From Octopus vulgaris (taxonomy: Eukaryota), in NCBI GenBank assembly GCA_951406725.2, contig OX597814.1, positions 181,412,001-181,476,000 on the forward strand: a stretch of DNA of 64,000 bases, given 5' to 3'. Position 1 is the first letter of the stretch, and each line of letters begins with the position of its first letter. Below, piece after piece: positions 25,370 through 39,572 of the stretch. The notes under the pieces were generated by a model. It searched no databases, was not told the DNA's origin, and saw only the letters and a list, made by a program, of their open reading frames with translations. Both the position numbers and the translations under genes were made by a program.

Positions 25370-25650
25370 TACATCTATATATATAGATATATATATAATA
25401 TATATAACTTACATTTATATACGTATGTATATATATACTTAATATGCTTGTGTGTGTGTATATATATATATATATGACATATATAATGTATAGATACACA
25501 CACATATATAAATTAGCTATATGATACATGTTATGTATCATATATAGATACATGTATATATATTTTATATATATGTATATATATATATCATATATATATA
25601 TTTATATAAACATATACATGTGTGCACAAGTGCACACACATACACATATT
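24675..25650. repeat. ~1-kb compound (AT)n/(GT)n/(AC)n low-complexity tract
   Basis: Directly visible; the source of the spurious YIYI ORFs. Confidence 0.97.
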
Positions 25651-28600
25651 AGTATATCTGTGTTGCTTTATTTTTTAGTCATCTTATAGTTTCTTTGTCT
25701 TGTCTTTAACATCCTATCCATTCTCCTGTAACTCACCTTTGTCCTGTCCCTCATCTTTTCTACACTTAACACCAGGTGCAGTGCGCCAACCTTCCTCGAA
25801 TATTAGATGGACAGCTAAACAGATATAGACTGCCCTCCACAGAGATAGCAGCAGCGGTTAATAATCAATTTCTCTCTCTCTCTCTCTCTCTATAAAAAAT
25901 ATATATATATATATATATATAGATAGATATATATAGATATATATATCTGCCTCTTAAGCAGAATACAAGTCCAATATAGCTCCTCCTTCATTGACATTGC
26001 AGCATTTGTTCTTCGACTTTGTTTACATTGTCCATCTCTGACACTGCATATTATTTTGTCTTCTATTTACTATTACATTACTATAATTAAAGTGTTTAAA
26101 AAAAAGACGATGATGATGATGATCATAGTTATTTTAGTAACAAGTGAGAAAGATTGCTAGGCCATAAGCCAATGAGTTTTAATAACTGATGAATATAATT
26201 CTCTGGTCTGTAAATGAATGAACACAAAAGTTTATTTACAGTCTAACTAGTAGTTTTAGCTGGGCTTTATTTATTTATTTTTATTTATTTTTTTTTCTCT
26301 CTTCCAATATTCCTCCCTTTAAAATGATTCAAAAATGAAAATAAAAAATGGTTTGCTCTAAGTCAGGATTACAAATTGTATTTAAAAAAAAAAAGAAAAG
26401 AAAGAAAAGTAAAAAAAAAAAAAGAAATATTTTTCTGGTAAAAGAAGAAAAAGAAAGTTTTACACTTCAGATTGGATGATGGTGATGATGGTGCTATGTT
26501 CCTTAGCTGCTACACTCAACTGAAAACTAAAATAATGAACAATAAAAATAATATATTGTTTAGTCCCTCTTATGCAGATTTCCTCAAAGTTTTTTTTTTC
26601 TTCATGAAATTATATTGTTGGGTTTTTTTTTTTACCTTTCTTTTGTCTTATTCTGCCCTCCCCCAATTATGTTTGAAATATTTTCTTGTTTATTTCTTGC
26701 ATTATCAAACAAAACAGTTAATATGAATAATAATCCTTTTGTTGAACATCCCTGTTCTCTTCCCCTGCCCTGCCCCATCTTGTTGTTTGTTAATCAGGCA
26801 TGGTTGCTGGCTATTTATTTAAAACATCTAGTTTTTTTCTTTATTTTTTTTTCAACTCCTTGTAAAAAAATTTGCTCCTGTCAGCATTTTGCCTTACTCG
26901 TTGAAGATGTATTTTTGTGTGCAGAGAGTGCTTAAAGTGCAACTTTTTTCTCTCCCCTTGTGAACGATCTAGTATTATGGTATCCTTCTCTTTTGCTTGT
27001 TCAGTCAACATAAATTTATTTATAATGTTGCTATTATATTCTATTCAACCACTCTTTCAGATATTTTGGTTCTTGAAAGAATGATTTTCATTTAACATTT
27101 TGAAAAGAAAAAAAATCAAAGTTTTGTAATTAGCTTTTGATTTTACCTCCCATTTTTTTAGGAATGACCTAAGTCAATCAAACATTTTTATTTTTTTAAG
27201 GTTTCATTCAAAATTCCATTTGTTTTCCTCAAAATTTCAAACATCTAAGAATTATCTGAACATTTCATTTCCATAAATGTGATGTTTTGATGATATTTTA
27301 AAAATTTATTTATTGAAATATTTGTATAGTGTGGAATAATTTTAGCTTCATTTCTAAAAATTTTTATGTGCATATCATTCTTTTTACTAAATCTTAGACA
27401 TTTGAATTTGTATTTCTCATTTGAAGCTCTTTGTAAACTTTATTTCATTTAGAGCTTTTCATATTGGATATTTTGTTTCATTTTCTTCTTAGTACTATGG
27501 ATGAATTTGACTCCTCGTGCAAGCAGTTAAGGAGAAAAACAAAACAACTTTTTAAGTTACTGAAATTTGATTATTACTAAGTCCAAATCCATGAGACTGC
27601 ACAAACTTCAAAGAAAAAAAAATTGCATTTTTTTGAAAATGTATATGAAGTACAAGCTATTAACTGGATCCTTCACTCAGATTTTGTTAAAATATTCTGT
27701 TGAAAGGTGTGTAATATGGACTGAAAAGACTGGTGCTACTTACTCATGGTTTGAGTACAGTGAGAGAAGTTTAGAATTCAATAAGCTTCATACAAACTAT
27801 TTAGCAATGCAAATAGTGATTTTAGTTTCTTTTACAGAAAAATCATCTATTGGTTCTTGGCATAATAAAACTGCTAAGATCTATATTAATTTTTTCTGCT
27901 ACAACTTTAGAATTGTCATAGCTAGTTGTTAATATTTTGTTTACTTAAATCCTCTATTTTTTAATCATTTGTGAAAAAGAAAATTCCAAAAATTTTGGAG
28001 AAGCTTACCTGTTGGTTTCAGTGTCTGAAGTATTGGAAAATCTCCATTATTCTTGCCAAAGTGCACACTAGAATTTTGAAGTAAAAGTAGTTTGATATTA
28101 GAATTTGTAATTTTAACCAACTTGATGCAGTATTTTGCTTTGTAATTCAGCTGTCTCTTCTATAATAGAAAAATGATTCTATTTAAGAATTTATTATTTT
28201 AATAATAATAATAAATTAATTTTAAAAGCTTTTACTAAAAGTTTTTTCTTTTCTGATTGTTTTATAATGTAGTTAATACTTAAGAACAACAAAAAAAACA
28301 ATAGAATAGAAAAATTAAACACATTTTTGCTTGTTAATTTAGAATTTGTTACATCATTTAAAAACTAACAATTGAGTCTTTAGTTTCTTTGAATCAGTTC
28401 ACTATTCAATTTAGATGGACAATTTTAGTTTTTGATACCCTCATAACATAATTTTCAATATATTGAATCAGGAAAAGGAGCTCTAAGTGTACACATAAAA
28501 ATTTACTATTTTGTACAGTTTATATTGTGTGCACTATGCTTTCATGAGAATTTCCAAATCAAAAACTGATTCTTATCCAAATATTTATTCTTCATGAACA

Positions 28601-31600
28601 TCTATGGATGACTCTTCAGTCTGACTATACAATGCTAAAGACGGTACTTTATATTCACATGCAAAACTATTGTTGGATACCTTTAGTAGCAGCATAAATT
28701 TGAGCGAGAAATAATAATTCTCATTGGGAGACACTTCATGAAGAGTGCAAATCTAAGGAGCCACACTTATTGTAACAAAACTTGATTCAACTAAACAAAT
28801 GTTGTTGTAACAGTTGAATCAGAGGTATTCATACATGCATACAGCTATGCATGAACACATTCACTTAAACTTTCTTCAGTTTAAAGTTGAGACCTAATGG
28901 CTGGTGTTACCAATTTTCATTTGCTGCAGTCTTCCCTTTGATATTTAATACTAGATGTGGTGGCTTCCTTATGGTCTATTCCTCCGTAGCAGTTTACAAT
29001 TTGTTTCCTCCTAGCTAAATCCTTTTCTTTATTTTTTCCTCCACTCGGGCATTCTTTTACATATATGTATGTTTAGAGGTTTGAGTTTTAAGATCATTTG
29101 TTCATTTCAACATACATCTAAGTTCAATAATTGGTTACCTTCAATTAAAATTGAGAAACAGCCAGTGCAATCCTACATTTCTTGTTTTATCTTCTCTACA
29201 TGACATAGATTTCTTTTTGTAAAGGTGATAATAATTTATTAATATGTTGCATTTAAATGGTACAGCTAACCTACCAATGTTCCATAACTTTTTCTTACCT
29301 CCTTTTTGTTGCTTACCTGCATATTCATCAACTGATATAGTTTCTGTTTTGTTTCTTTATATAGCTTCCAAATATCCTAGATTCTAAACTTTTCCAGGTC
29401 TCTTTGATACTTGTTTAAATTATATGCTGTAACCTTTAGAAAAATCACTTTGAATACTGTATTGCAGTTGATTCCAAGTTGATTCCACTGTATGATAATG
29501 ACAGTATTTTAGGCTTCTCATTTCAACAGATTAGAATGGTTAAGTTTAAAGATATTTCATAAGTTAAAAAACTAACCACTGCATAAAATACCTACTGTCA
29601 TATGAAGTATTTATGTCTGAAGGTTTTCAGTGCCTCACAGAAACTTCAGCAAAGAATAACGTATATTCAAGTACTGGTGCTTCAATATACAGATAATGTA
29701 GTAGAACCAAAAGCTTGAGTGAGGTTGCGAAAGACAATGTTCAGCCCTTTTCATGCTGTTCTCAATAGTTTGTTTCAAATTTCTAATAACAACCGTCCAT
29801 ACTCATAAAAGCTTTTTTCTGCTCATTAAATGTATTTCTTGATGTAGTATTTACACTTGGAGCAGTAAAATTATGGAAATTGTAGTTTGCCTATAAATAC
29901 TCTTTACCCTTTCACCATCATATAAAAATATTAAATTTTTACAAGATTATTTCTCTTAGGCTAAAATATTTTCCATCTAATGGACAGAAGAACCAGTTAC
30001 TAGAACAACTTATTCTTCTAATAACTGCCCAAATTCAGTTGGTGTGTTCTAATTTTGCTGATTCTTCTCATTTTTTTCCCCTTTTTTAGTTTCATTTGTT
30101 AATTTCAATAGTTTTTCTTTTGATACAAATATCCTAGGAGCATCAATTTAAAAACTAAATCATTACAAAATTTACTCATATTACTTTGTCAATCTTCAGA
30201 GTTAAGTAATGTGAAGTACTCAGGTGCTTTTTATTAGCCAATCTTAATATTATTGTTTGATATGATTCATTAGATGCCTACCAACGTACTTATATAATTC
30301 TTCACAATCTCATATTTCTCCAAAAGACAATAGGAACTTTTTTTGAAGGCAGCTTTTTAAAATCTTATTTCTGGAAATGGTCTAGATTTTGCACTTATTC
30401 ACTGAAAATTCAGTTACTGAGCACTATATAGACTATTTCATTTATACAGAAAATGTACTTGGAAGTGAATTAAAGCTGTCTAAACCAGAAAACTGTTTTT
30501 ATTATAACATTTCTATACAACTCTGATGCTTCCTGAAGGATAATTTGATAGAAAGTTTTAAACTTTACACTTGCTAACATTGAAACTAAGGTTTGGAGCT
30601 GAAATAGCTACTTAAGCCCTTGCACATAAAGATTCACTTTCACTTTATTTGTATAAAGCGGGTTATTGGTTCATCCTGCCTCCTAGGCAAAACTCATTAA
30701 AATAGCCTCTAAGCTTCCAGCAGTAAAATATTAAAATTGTTTACTATTGTCTTCTAATATTCTACACTTTTTTCTACAAAAGAAGATAACTTTAAATCAG
30801 CTTATTGATATAAACTGGTTTAAAGTTTTAAGTAAAAATTTCAGTGTTCATAAGATGATACACCATTCCTGTGGTTCTTACCTCAACATTGATGACTTCT
30901 GTAAAAGTGTCAACTTATATCTGTAAGCATTCAATCATAATTCTGCCAGGTGTTGTATTATGTGATCATATATAATGAATGTACTACTGGTTGGGATAAT
31001 CTCAGGGTTTCATATTTCCTGGGACTGTGGATTTCAAGATAATCCATACAAACAGAACATCCATTTGATTCCTTAAGTTAATGATCACAGGATATAGTAT
31101 GATACAATACACATTAATAAAACAACAGTAAAATTTTTTTATAGTATCTAATAGAATTTCAGTTAATCTTCTCTTCACTCTCCATTCATAAAATCTCAGA
31201 AAAAAGAAACAAAGATTAATGCCAATCAGACATCCATATTATATCATTATTAGCATGCATTAAGAGCTAAAATTGCTTTGAAATAATAGCTTATATTAGG
31301 TGCTAAAGCTGCTTCATTATGACAGCAAACAAGGAGCTAAAGTTACTTCAAGATCATTGCTTCTATTCTCTCTCATATCAACAGACTTCTACAGTTGGTT
31401 TATTCAATATTTAATTCTTGAAGATCTATCAAAAGAGCAATCCTTCTTCAAATCAATTAGCTAACTTAGCAGAGAGGATACTTCAATTCAATGCTCTCAC
31501 TGCCACCAATTATTATACTTGTGTTTAATTGCTTGCATTAAGTCTTCAGAGAGAAGGAAGTCTCTCCTTCCTTATTCTCCTCACTTCTGATTTTTTTCTC

Positions 31601-32569
31601 TTTTTTCTTTCCTGTTTTATCTTCCTTTTCTTCTCTTTATTTATTTTTTTCTGTACACATTATGGCCAGCCAAGCACATTTTCAGGTTACTATCTAACTG
31701 CTTAAAATAATTAAAAGCCTTTGCTAACTTTATAAAGAAGCTGACCTGAAAGTATAGTTCCTCCAGTGAATGGCCAAAATGTTGTGAAAAGTCTGTGTAC
31801 TACAAAATGGTTCTTTGACAATATTGACTAGATGTTTAAATTGGCTTCATCGAAAGGAGCTAAAGATATATTGTCATATAAAATATGTGACCAAGGGCTA
31901 GTAGAGGATTGTATTTATCTTCAGTGAGCATATGACTGTGTGTATGTGTGTAAGCATTCGTGTGACAAATATGTATGTATACTGTGTTCAAGATAATTAC
32001 ATGATTTGTTTATAAAACAATATTACATTTCCCTTGCACACTTTCCTCTATCATCGTTTTAGAATGGTTTGAATGAAACCTTGCTATAAAACAATCCTTT
32101 TCGTGTTTCTTCACTTTTCTGAAATGGTAGCAAATTGGAGTAAACCAAGAAAAGTCTTTTGTTCAGACTATTTTCATATATAATTTAGAGCCTTTTTTTT
32201 CCTTTCCATTATTTATTTTGATAATTTTTTTTTTCATTTTATATACATTGTTTTTCTTTACTGTTCCCATGTCTATCTTCTCCTTCTCTCTCCTGGCTGC
32301 AGACACTTCATTACATTTGACTGCATTTATCATTATTGTTTCAGATGATGATGAAGTGGTCATTGACAAGTTTAGACAATACATTTATGTATAAAGCAAA
32401 GAAAATGAAATCTGATATATAATGTACATGTGAGCATGCATGTGCATACAAAGAGTGAAGATATTTTCTTTACCTCCCACTTCAATAGGCAAGTGCTGCA
32501 ACATTGAAACTACTAGGATACTTACTGTTTAGTTTATTTCCTCTTGGCAACCAATAAAAAAAAAATCAT

Positions 32570-32823
32570 TAACCTGCCAAGGTCAATTCTGCCTTCCCTC
32601 TTTCAGGGTCAGTAAAAAGTACTGGTCAAGTACTGGGGTTGATTTAATCAACTTACCCCCCCCCCCCACTCCTTCCCTTAAAATTGCTGGCTTTGTGCCA
32701 AAATTAGTAAGAATTATTACTATTATTATTTATGTTCTAATTTCAACCCCCACTGAGGTTAATGCACTCTCCTCAGAATTTCAGGCCCTGTGCCTATGGT
32801 AGAAACAATATAAAATAAATCAC

Positions 32824-32854
<31 letters not shown>

Positions 32855-33060
32855 ATTAAGGCAGCAAGCTGGTAGAATCCGAGTGTCAACAAAATGCTTA
32901 GTGAAAATTCTTCTGAGTTCAAATGCTGCCAAGGTCAACTTTGCCTTTCATCTTTTCAAGGTTGATAAAATAAGTACTAGTTTAGCACTGGGGTCATTGT
33001 AATCAACTTATTCATGCTTCCCTAAAAATGCTGGCCTTGTACTTGCAGTAGGAAGGATTA
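32570..33060 (+). mobile_element. Cluster of tRNA-derived SINE copies with ATT tails
   Basis: aaggcagcaagctggtagaatc...ctgagttcaaatgctgccaaggtcaactttgcctttcatc...gataaaataagtact...ctggggtc...aatgctggccttgt. Confidence 0.75.
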
Positions 33061-36000
33061 TTATTATTTAGGTACTTCATTTGATTAACCTCACAGTGCC
33101 AATATTCAATAAGGAGGTGCATAGTTAATAGGTCTGATGTGGTTGCAGAAGGACAGTCTGGCAGGGCTTGAATAATTAAGTTCCCTCACCAAAAGTGGTG
33201 CATTCACCAGAGGGATTTTTTTTTACACCCGAGCAACAGTTCAACATGATTAGTCAGTTTGAAAGCAGATGCCCTTCCTATCCTCATCATTATTATTTGT
33301 GCACAATACCAAGAGGAATCACTAACTAAGGATTCTCAACAGAATCCAATCAGTTGACTGATTTGGCAGCAAAAATTACTTAAGTTATCTTACAACAGAT
33401 ATCTGGGGATTTTTAGAAGAATATATTACATAACAATCGCATACATACACTTCATACCAAGTTAGGCCACCAATGCTGACATTCAATCACCACCTGGAAA
33501 TTTGCCATATATTTAGATGTGACAGTCTTAAGAGCTGCTCATATTAATGACTTTGTGATAATAATTTAAACCATAGTCTAGAAACTTCATTAGATGGTTC
33601 AAAGATTCTCTCCATGTAAGTATTATGTTGAATCTAATGGCTGTTGGATCAACATTTTCATGATCAAATTCGATGAGGTCTATGATATTGATCCGAAGAA
33701 GGATATCCTTAAACTGCCTTGTGGTGTTTATTGTAAAGAAAGGAATAACTATATCTCTCACCTTTGCAAACATTGAATGCACAATCAATCCTCTGGTGTG
33801 AAGAGTAAATAAAAACTAAACCTTCTCTGAAAACGTCTGCCTTTGACTGATTTAAGTCAGCAAAGATTTTACAAGCAGTGAAATCCATATGCTATGTGGA
33901 CAACTTGTCACGGTTTGTAAGTGGTTCTGATATCAACATGGCAGTAGTTCTGTTTTGGAAGAAATTCTCTTTAGTGCTTATTCTGATCAACCAAAATATC
34001 TTTGTATTAGATGGCTCAACTGCAATTACAATGAATCACTGTTTGCATTTGTTGGCTGCTGCTCCAGTGAAACCTGGCCTGTAAACATTAAGAATTGATT
34101 TAAATTGCCTCCATTGAAATGTTTGAACCATGAATCCCCCTCTCCCTCCTCCCCCTGCAAGAATCTCTATTAGAATATTTCTAAAGTTGAAAGACTTCCT
34201 TCATCTGCCTTTGATAGTAAAGAAGTTGTCAGATAGTAAAGGCTTCATTGGTTTGGTCATCTGCAACACATGGGGGAAGAGAGGTGTTAACTAAAGGTGC
34301 TCATTTGTACAGGAGACGGCCAAAGTCATGCTGGATTTTTTTTTTTTGGATGGGGTGACTGGCACAAGACTAAGAAAAATGGAGGAAGAAGAGTATACAA
34401 CCATATCGACTTGATCTCAATGGCATCCACACCTCATGTATAGGGAACAATGGATGGAAAAAAACTGTGCAATTGTATTAGTGATAGTAGTAGTAGTAAT
34501 AGTAGTAGTAGTAGTAGTTGTAGTAATATCAGAATGGTGAGCTCCATTGAGTAGTGGTAAACTCCTGCCAAGTTAAATCCACGTCCCAATTTCAATTCCC
34601 AGCTGGAGCCATTTCACTTCACTTTCATCACTTATGCCCTTGGGAAAAGCATGACCATTACAACTTCCTATTTCCCCTTCTCCCCAAACATTTCAGGCTT
34701 CACATGTCTATGTAAGAAACATTATTAGAAGATTAGTATGGAATTGAATGATGTAAGCTGCTATTGGGTATAACTTTTTTTTTATAACACAGAATCATGG
34801 TTCAAATTATTGTTTTTCATCTTTAAAGAGAAAACAATAATGACTTTAAATTGACCTGCATACTGACAGCTATATATGTATATTTACATATAATCTTTAC
34901 TAGCATTTAGTTCTAGTATATATAAAGCAATATATGCTTTAATTTACTGACTAAATGTAATTCTATGTTTAGTTCTTGTTTCAAGAAAGAGACTTACAGT
35001 TATTTGTTACTTTTTTTTCCAATTTGGTTTTCCTTTTTTTTTTTATATTTTGTTTCCCTTTCTAATCTAAATCTGTTTTATAATTTTTAATTCTTTAAGC
35101 AAAAACTATCATTATTAACCATTCTGAAAGAACAGATAATGGTAGTTATAGTAATGATGGTGATGATAATAATAATTATATTAAGATTGAAATAACATCT
35201 ACAAGTTTTAAAAGGCCTAGAGGCTGCAGAATATTATTATTTTGCAATTGTTTTTTTTTTTTGCTGAACATTTTCACAGATTTGTTTTCTTAGTGTAGCT
35301 CGTGATTAAAATTGTTTTTAAACCTTTATCAATTAATCCTGCCTAATTTACATTTTTATACTTTTTCTATTTTTCGTCTTTGCTCCAAAGATACCTGTTA
35401 GACATTATGTTCATCTCGATATATCTGTGTAATATAAATGTTCTAGAAAACACTCAGTACTTGCATTTCTGTCTATGTAGCAGTCTTGTATACATGCCCA
35501 TAGCATGATTCATGTGATTTTATCACTTGGTAAATTGGTCACTTACAGGGTGGGGTTTTTTGGGGTTTTTTATAAACCCATTTACAAAAATATTCATTGT
35601 CACTTTGTTCACAAAAACCTGACAGCTGGTGTCTGCATCAATGCTAAGGTTTTCAAAAGAAAAATTATAATTGTGGAATGGGTTGTTTGTGATAAGAAAA
35701 AAAAAAGTGAGAGAGAGAGAAAAGAAAAGAAAAAATTCTAAAACAAATTAATTGGTTAAATACAAATGCTTGAAATATAGTTGTTATGAATTTGTATGCT
35801 TTTTATTTTTTTTTTAATCATTATTTTTTCATACTTTTATTGAATTTGGAACTGATTTTTATAATAAAAGATTTTTATTTATGTATTTTTTTTAATTAAA
35901 AATTATTTTCCCGATTTCTGCAAAGTAAATTTAAGGAAAATACTAACATTTAACTGCTGTCTAAGTAGTCATACTTAATGTTCTTCTAATGTCATAATTT

Positions 36001-36814
36001 CTTACAATCATTTCAAAATAGATATTTATATGGAGAGAAGCTTATACAAGCTGAAGGGATCCAAGCCATACCTGGGATAGGCTTTGTTAGACAGTTTGAC
36101 AGCCTCAACTTGACCAAAAATTGCTGAGGTTGAGAAAGGGTCCTTTTATTTTATTCCCTTGATCATTTTTTTCTTTTTTCTTTTTTTTTTTTACGTTCAT
36201 CATTTGCTAAAGCTAATGTGATGATGGAGACTCCTTTATTTTACAAAAGACGAAAGACTAAGAGGAAATCTGTGAAAGCCACCTTCTTCTTGAGCTCTAT
36301 GGTAAATCCAGAGAATTGGGGTCCAGTGTTCTTTTTTAGCACTGGAAAAAAAAATGTTTTAAACAGCATGTGTATATCTGTATTGTAGCAGCTGTCCATG
36401 TCTGTTTTGGACACTGTTCCTGAAGGCTGTAGCGCCTTCAGTGTGATGTCTCAGTGATGGAGGTGCTCTCCAATAATTGTAACTTTAACAATGGTGGCAT
36501 TAATTTTTGACATGTAAAATGCAGTGATAAGCTTGCCTATTAAAATTTTCTTTCAACATGTACACTGTGATGTCTGTTGCTTTCTTTTTTCTTTTCCTCT
36601 CTCTCTCTCTCTCCCTCTCTCTGTTGATTATGTCAATTACAGGTGGAAAATTGGAGGAATCATTTGAACATCAGACAAACTATTTTGCAGTATTTGTTCC
36701 TGTGTCTTTCTACATTATGAGTTCAAATCCCACCAAGGTCAACTTTACCACTTATTCTTCTAGGGTACTTGTTAGAGTGTTGGACAAAACACTTTGTGAT
36801 ATTTGTTTTAACTT

Positions 36815-37027
36815 TTAACCCTTTCATTACTGTATTTATTTTGAGATGCTCTGTGTTTCTTTCAATATAACAAAGAATTTAGTAAAATAACTTAGTTATC
36901 ATTAAGCTAGTATTAGGAATATAAATTGCGACTAAGGTGGTATATTTGATGCAAAACTTATGAAAACAAGACATTTGTACTACAGAGCCAGAGCCGGTTT
37001 TGGCCGGGTTGGTAACAAAAGGGTTAA
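36815..37027. mobile_element. piggyBac-like MITE with TTAA TSD
   Basis: TTAA|ccctttcattac ... gtaacaaaaggg|TTAA; close copy at 60993. Confidence 0.85.
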
Positions 37028-37169
37028 ATATTATGAGTGTCAAAACAGGTATCAAACTTCTATCTGACAAGACAGTGTCTTATAAGAATTACCTGGAGGA
37101 AGGCAACAAGAAACACCTTGGTATTCCTCAAGGAAGTTACCAGGAGTTGTCAACCCGATGGCACAAAGT

Positions 37170-37390
37170 AAGGCAGGATGTCAATTGCTGTTTAGTTTCA
37201 GGTCAACTCTAACTGAACAGACTTAAGATTAAAATCCTTCCAGCCATTTTTGAACTGTCTTTCTTTTTAAGTTATTCATATCTAAGACTACATTATCCAA
37301 GGTGAGCCTCTCCTGTCAAAACAGTACAGAAAGATTTGGCTGCTATATTCCAATTCAACAACCATGTAGAGGCTCACTTCTTTGGCTAGT
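37170..37390 (+). repeat. Interspersed repeat of unclassified family (related pieces near 19050, 41880 (-), 55290, 55580)
   Basis: Shared ccttccagccat...gactacattatccaa...agatttggctgctat...agaggctc segments. Confidence 0.55.
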
Positions 37391-38113
37391 ATGTCATTTA
37401 CTTTAATTAGAAGGTATACATATTCATGCTATATAGAGGTAGTGATGCAGATAAACACAATCAAGCTTGACATGTATATCAATATATAGTTTGATACGGC
37501 TACATATATTCATGAAGATATATATATATACATAGAGCATAAAAAATACAGAATACAGAGTTTCTTAACTCGACAGCTGTTTCAGATTTACATAATGTGC
37601 AAAAAGTCTTGAATGTGTAACCAGTAAATAGACACACATATTACAATAAATCTGGTTCCCTTTATCAAGAGAAAATTGGCAAAAGCTTTTGAATTTGGTC
37701 CCAGTTAACTCAACCCTTTGCCTGTCCAAAGCATTTTCATAATTTTGCCCTAAACATCCATACTTGTTCTCAGACATTTAGTTCCGAGTAATATAAAACT
37801 TGCCTTCCATAAGTCCCAAGTTACCCTGGTAACTTGGCACTTATGAAAGGCAACACAAAATTTGGGGAATGTGTATGATATATGATGCATGGATGCCAGG
37901 GAAATATGTCCTGTGTATCATATGTGATACACAGGACAGATAAAGAGTTGATAAAGTTTATTCCAAATGTATGATGATCTCACTGCTGCTAGTTCCATGT
38001 AAAAAGCACCCAGTACACTCTGTAAAGTGATTGATGTTGGGAAAGACTTGCCATAGAAAACAGACATTAAATGATGATATTTTCTATAGATTGGTCAACA
38101 ATACCAAATTATA

Positions 38114-38612
38114 TACTGTAAATCCTTGAGTATAATCCACATTTTTTCCCCAAAATTTAAAGGTCAAAATCCCTAGTGCGTACTATATACGAGGTTAAAA
38201 ATGAAAAATATTTTCTAAGCAATGTCCGAGTCTCTATTTGCTGACCGGCAATGTTTATTCAGACGCATTTTATGATGTCGGGCTCGAAAATACCTTACGC
38301 TAAACCTGAAAACAATGAAGTCATAAAAGAGTCATCCATAACTTGCAGTAAGCAACATTTATTAAACGTTATTACTGTTATTTCTTTATTTTCTGCAAAC
38401 AAAATGCACAAAGACGCTACACATTTGCATCATGTTATATATACAATAATAATAAAGGATGTTACCGTATACATTTTTACAAACCAAGGACGTTATATAG
38501 ACCTCCTTGACTCAAGTTAGAGAAGGAGTGCATATTATACACAAGGTTTAGGTTTTTCAGAGGTACAGCCCCCTAAAAATCCCCTGTGTATTATACTCGA
38601 GGATTTACGGTA
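38114..38612. mobile_element. Tc1/pogo-type MITE (~495 bp) with TA TSD
   Basis: TA|ctgtaaatccttgagtataa ... ttatactcgaggatttacgg|TA TIRs with subterminal repeats. Confidence 0.85.
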
Positions 38613-39039
38613 GATAGATAGATTTAATGGTAGTTATATCATCACTTATAATAAAATCTTTTAATCACCAGCTTATAGTCAAAATGAATAATGGCTGCAA
38701 ATATACGTGAGAAAGTGTGATCACTGCTGCAACTTATACAGGTGAGTGTAATATTACAGTTGGAACTAAATAGTATTTTACATCACTATTATAATACAGT
38801 ATACACAACTACCTGCTCATTGTATCAACAAGTGACCAAGTATTGTACTCTTGTGTAATTTTCAGGCAGAAACTGACAGACCCAGACCTTTGAATTAAAG
38901 GTACAGGCCTTTATGGGCTTTTAAATATTCCAAATAATAAAAATTAAGAAGTCTAAAGGCATAGACATGACTATGTAGTTAAGAAGCTCACTTTACAGCT
39001 ATGTAGTGTCAGGTTGGGCCAACCTGCATAACAATTCTT

Positions 39040-39572
39040 TTTTTACCATCATCATCATTGTTCGACCGTGGTCGAGACAATGGAATTTACCATGCTACGC
39101 CAGACTTCACGGTCCATCATAGCATTACGGAGGTCCTGTTGCTGGATGCCTGTATCCCTGGAGATTACCTCAGGGTAGGAGAGTGTGCGCCCTCTGGTAT
39201 CGCAAGTAGATGGCTTCCAGAGGAGAAGAGTAGAAATTGCCTCGTTTTCAGCTCTACAACAATGTCCAGCAAACTGGACTCTCCTACCTTTCACAAGAGA
39301 TGACACAGGTGGTAGTTTCCCATATAATTGCATTTTGGTTGGATGATGCTTCCACGAGATTTTGAGCTCTTCATCATTGTCGTTGACTATGTGCTACGTA
39401 TGTCAGTTGATACCATTTCTGGCAAGGGCTTTGAAATAAAACCTAGAAGAAGTTCCAGACACCTAACTGAATACTTGACAGACACTGACTTTGCTGATGA
39501 CATCGCTCTTATCAGTGATTCTCTCTCCAATACCCAGTCTCTTTTACAATCTCTCGAACAAGTTTTTACCAT
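39040..39572 (-). mobile_element. RTE-clade LINE insertion with 5' inversion and 10-bp TSD, nested in a CORE-like SINE
   Basis: Minus-strand C-terminus (QLYGKLPPVSSLVKGRRVQFAGHCCRA...MMDREVWR) with GAT tail; plus-strand RT core LFIIVVDYVLR...DTDFADDIALIS; tttttaccat at 39040-39049 and 39563-39572. Confidence 0.9.

Noticed and set aside
24604-25553. Many ORFs rich in YIYI/THTH/VCVC
   Set aside because: They are translations of dinucleotide microsatellites.
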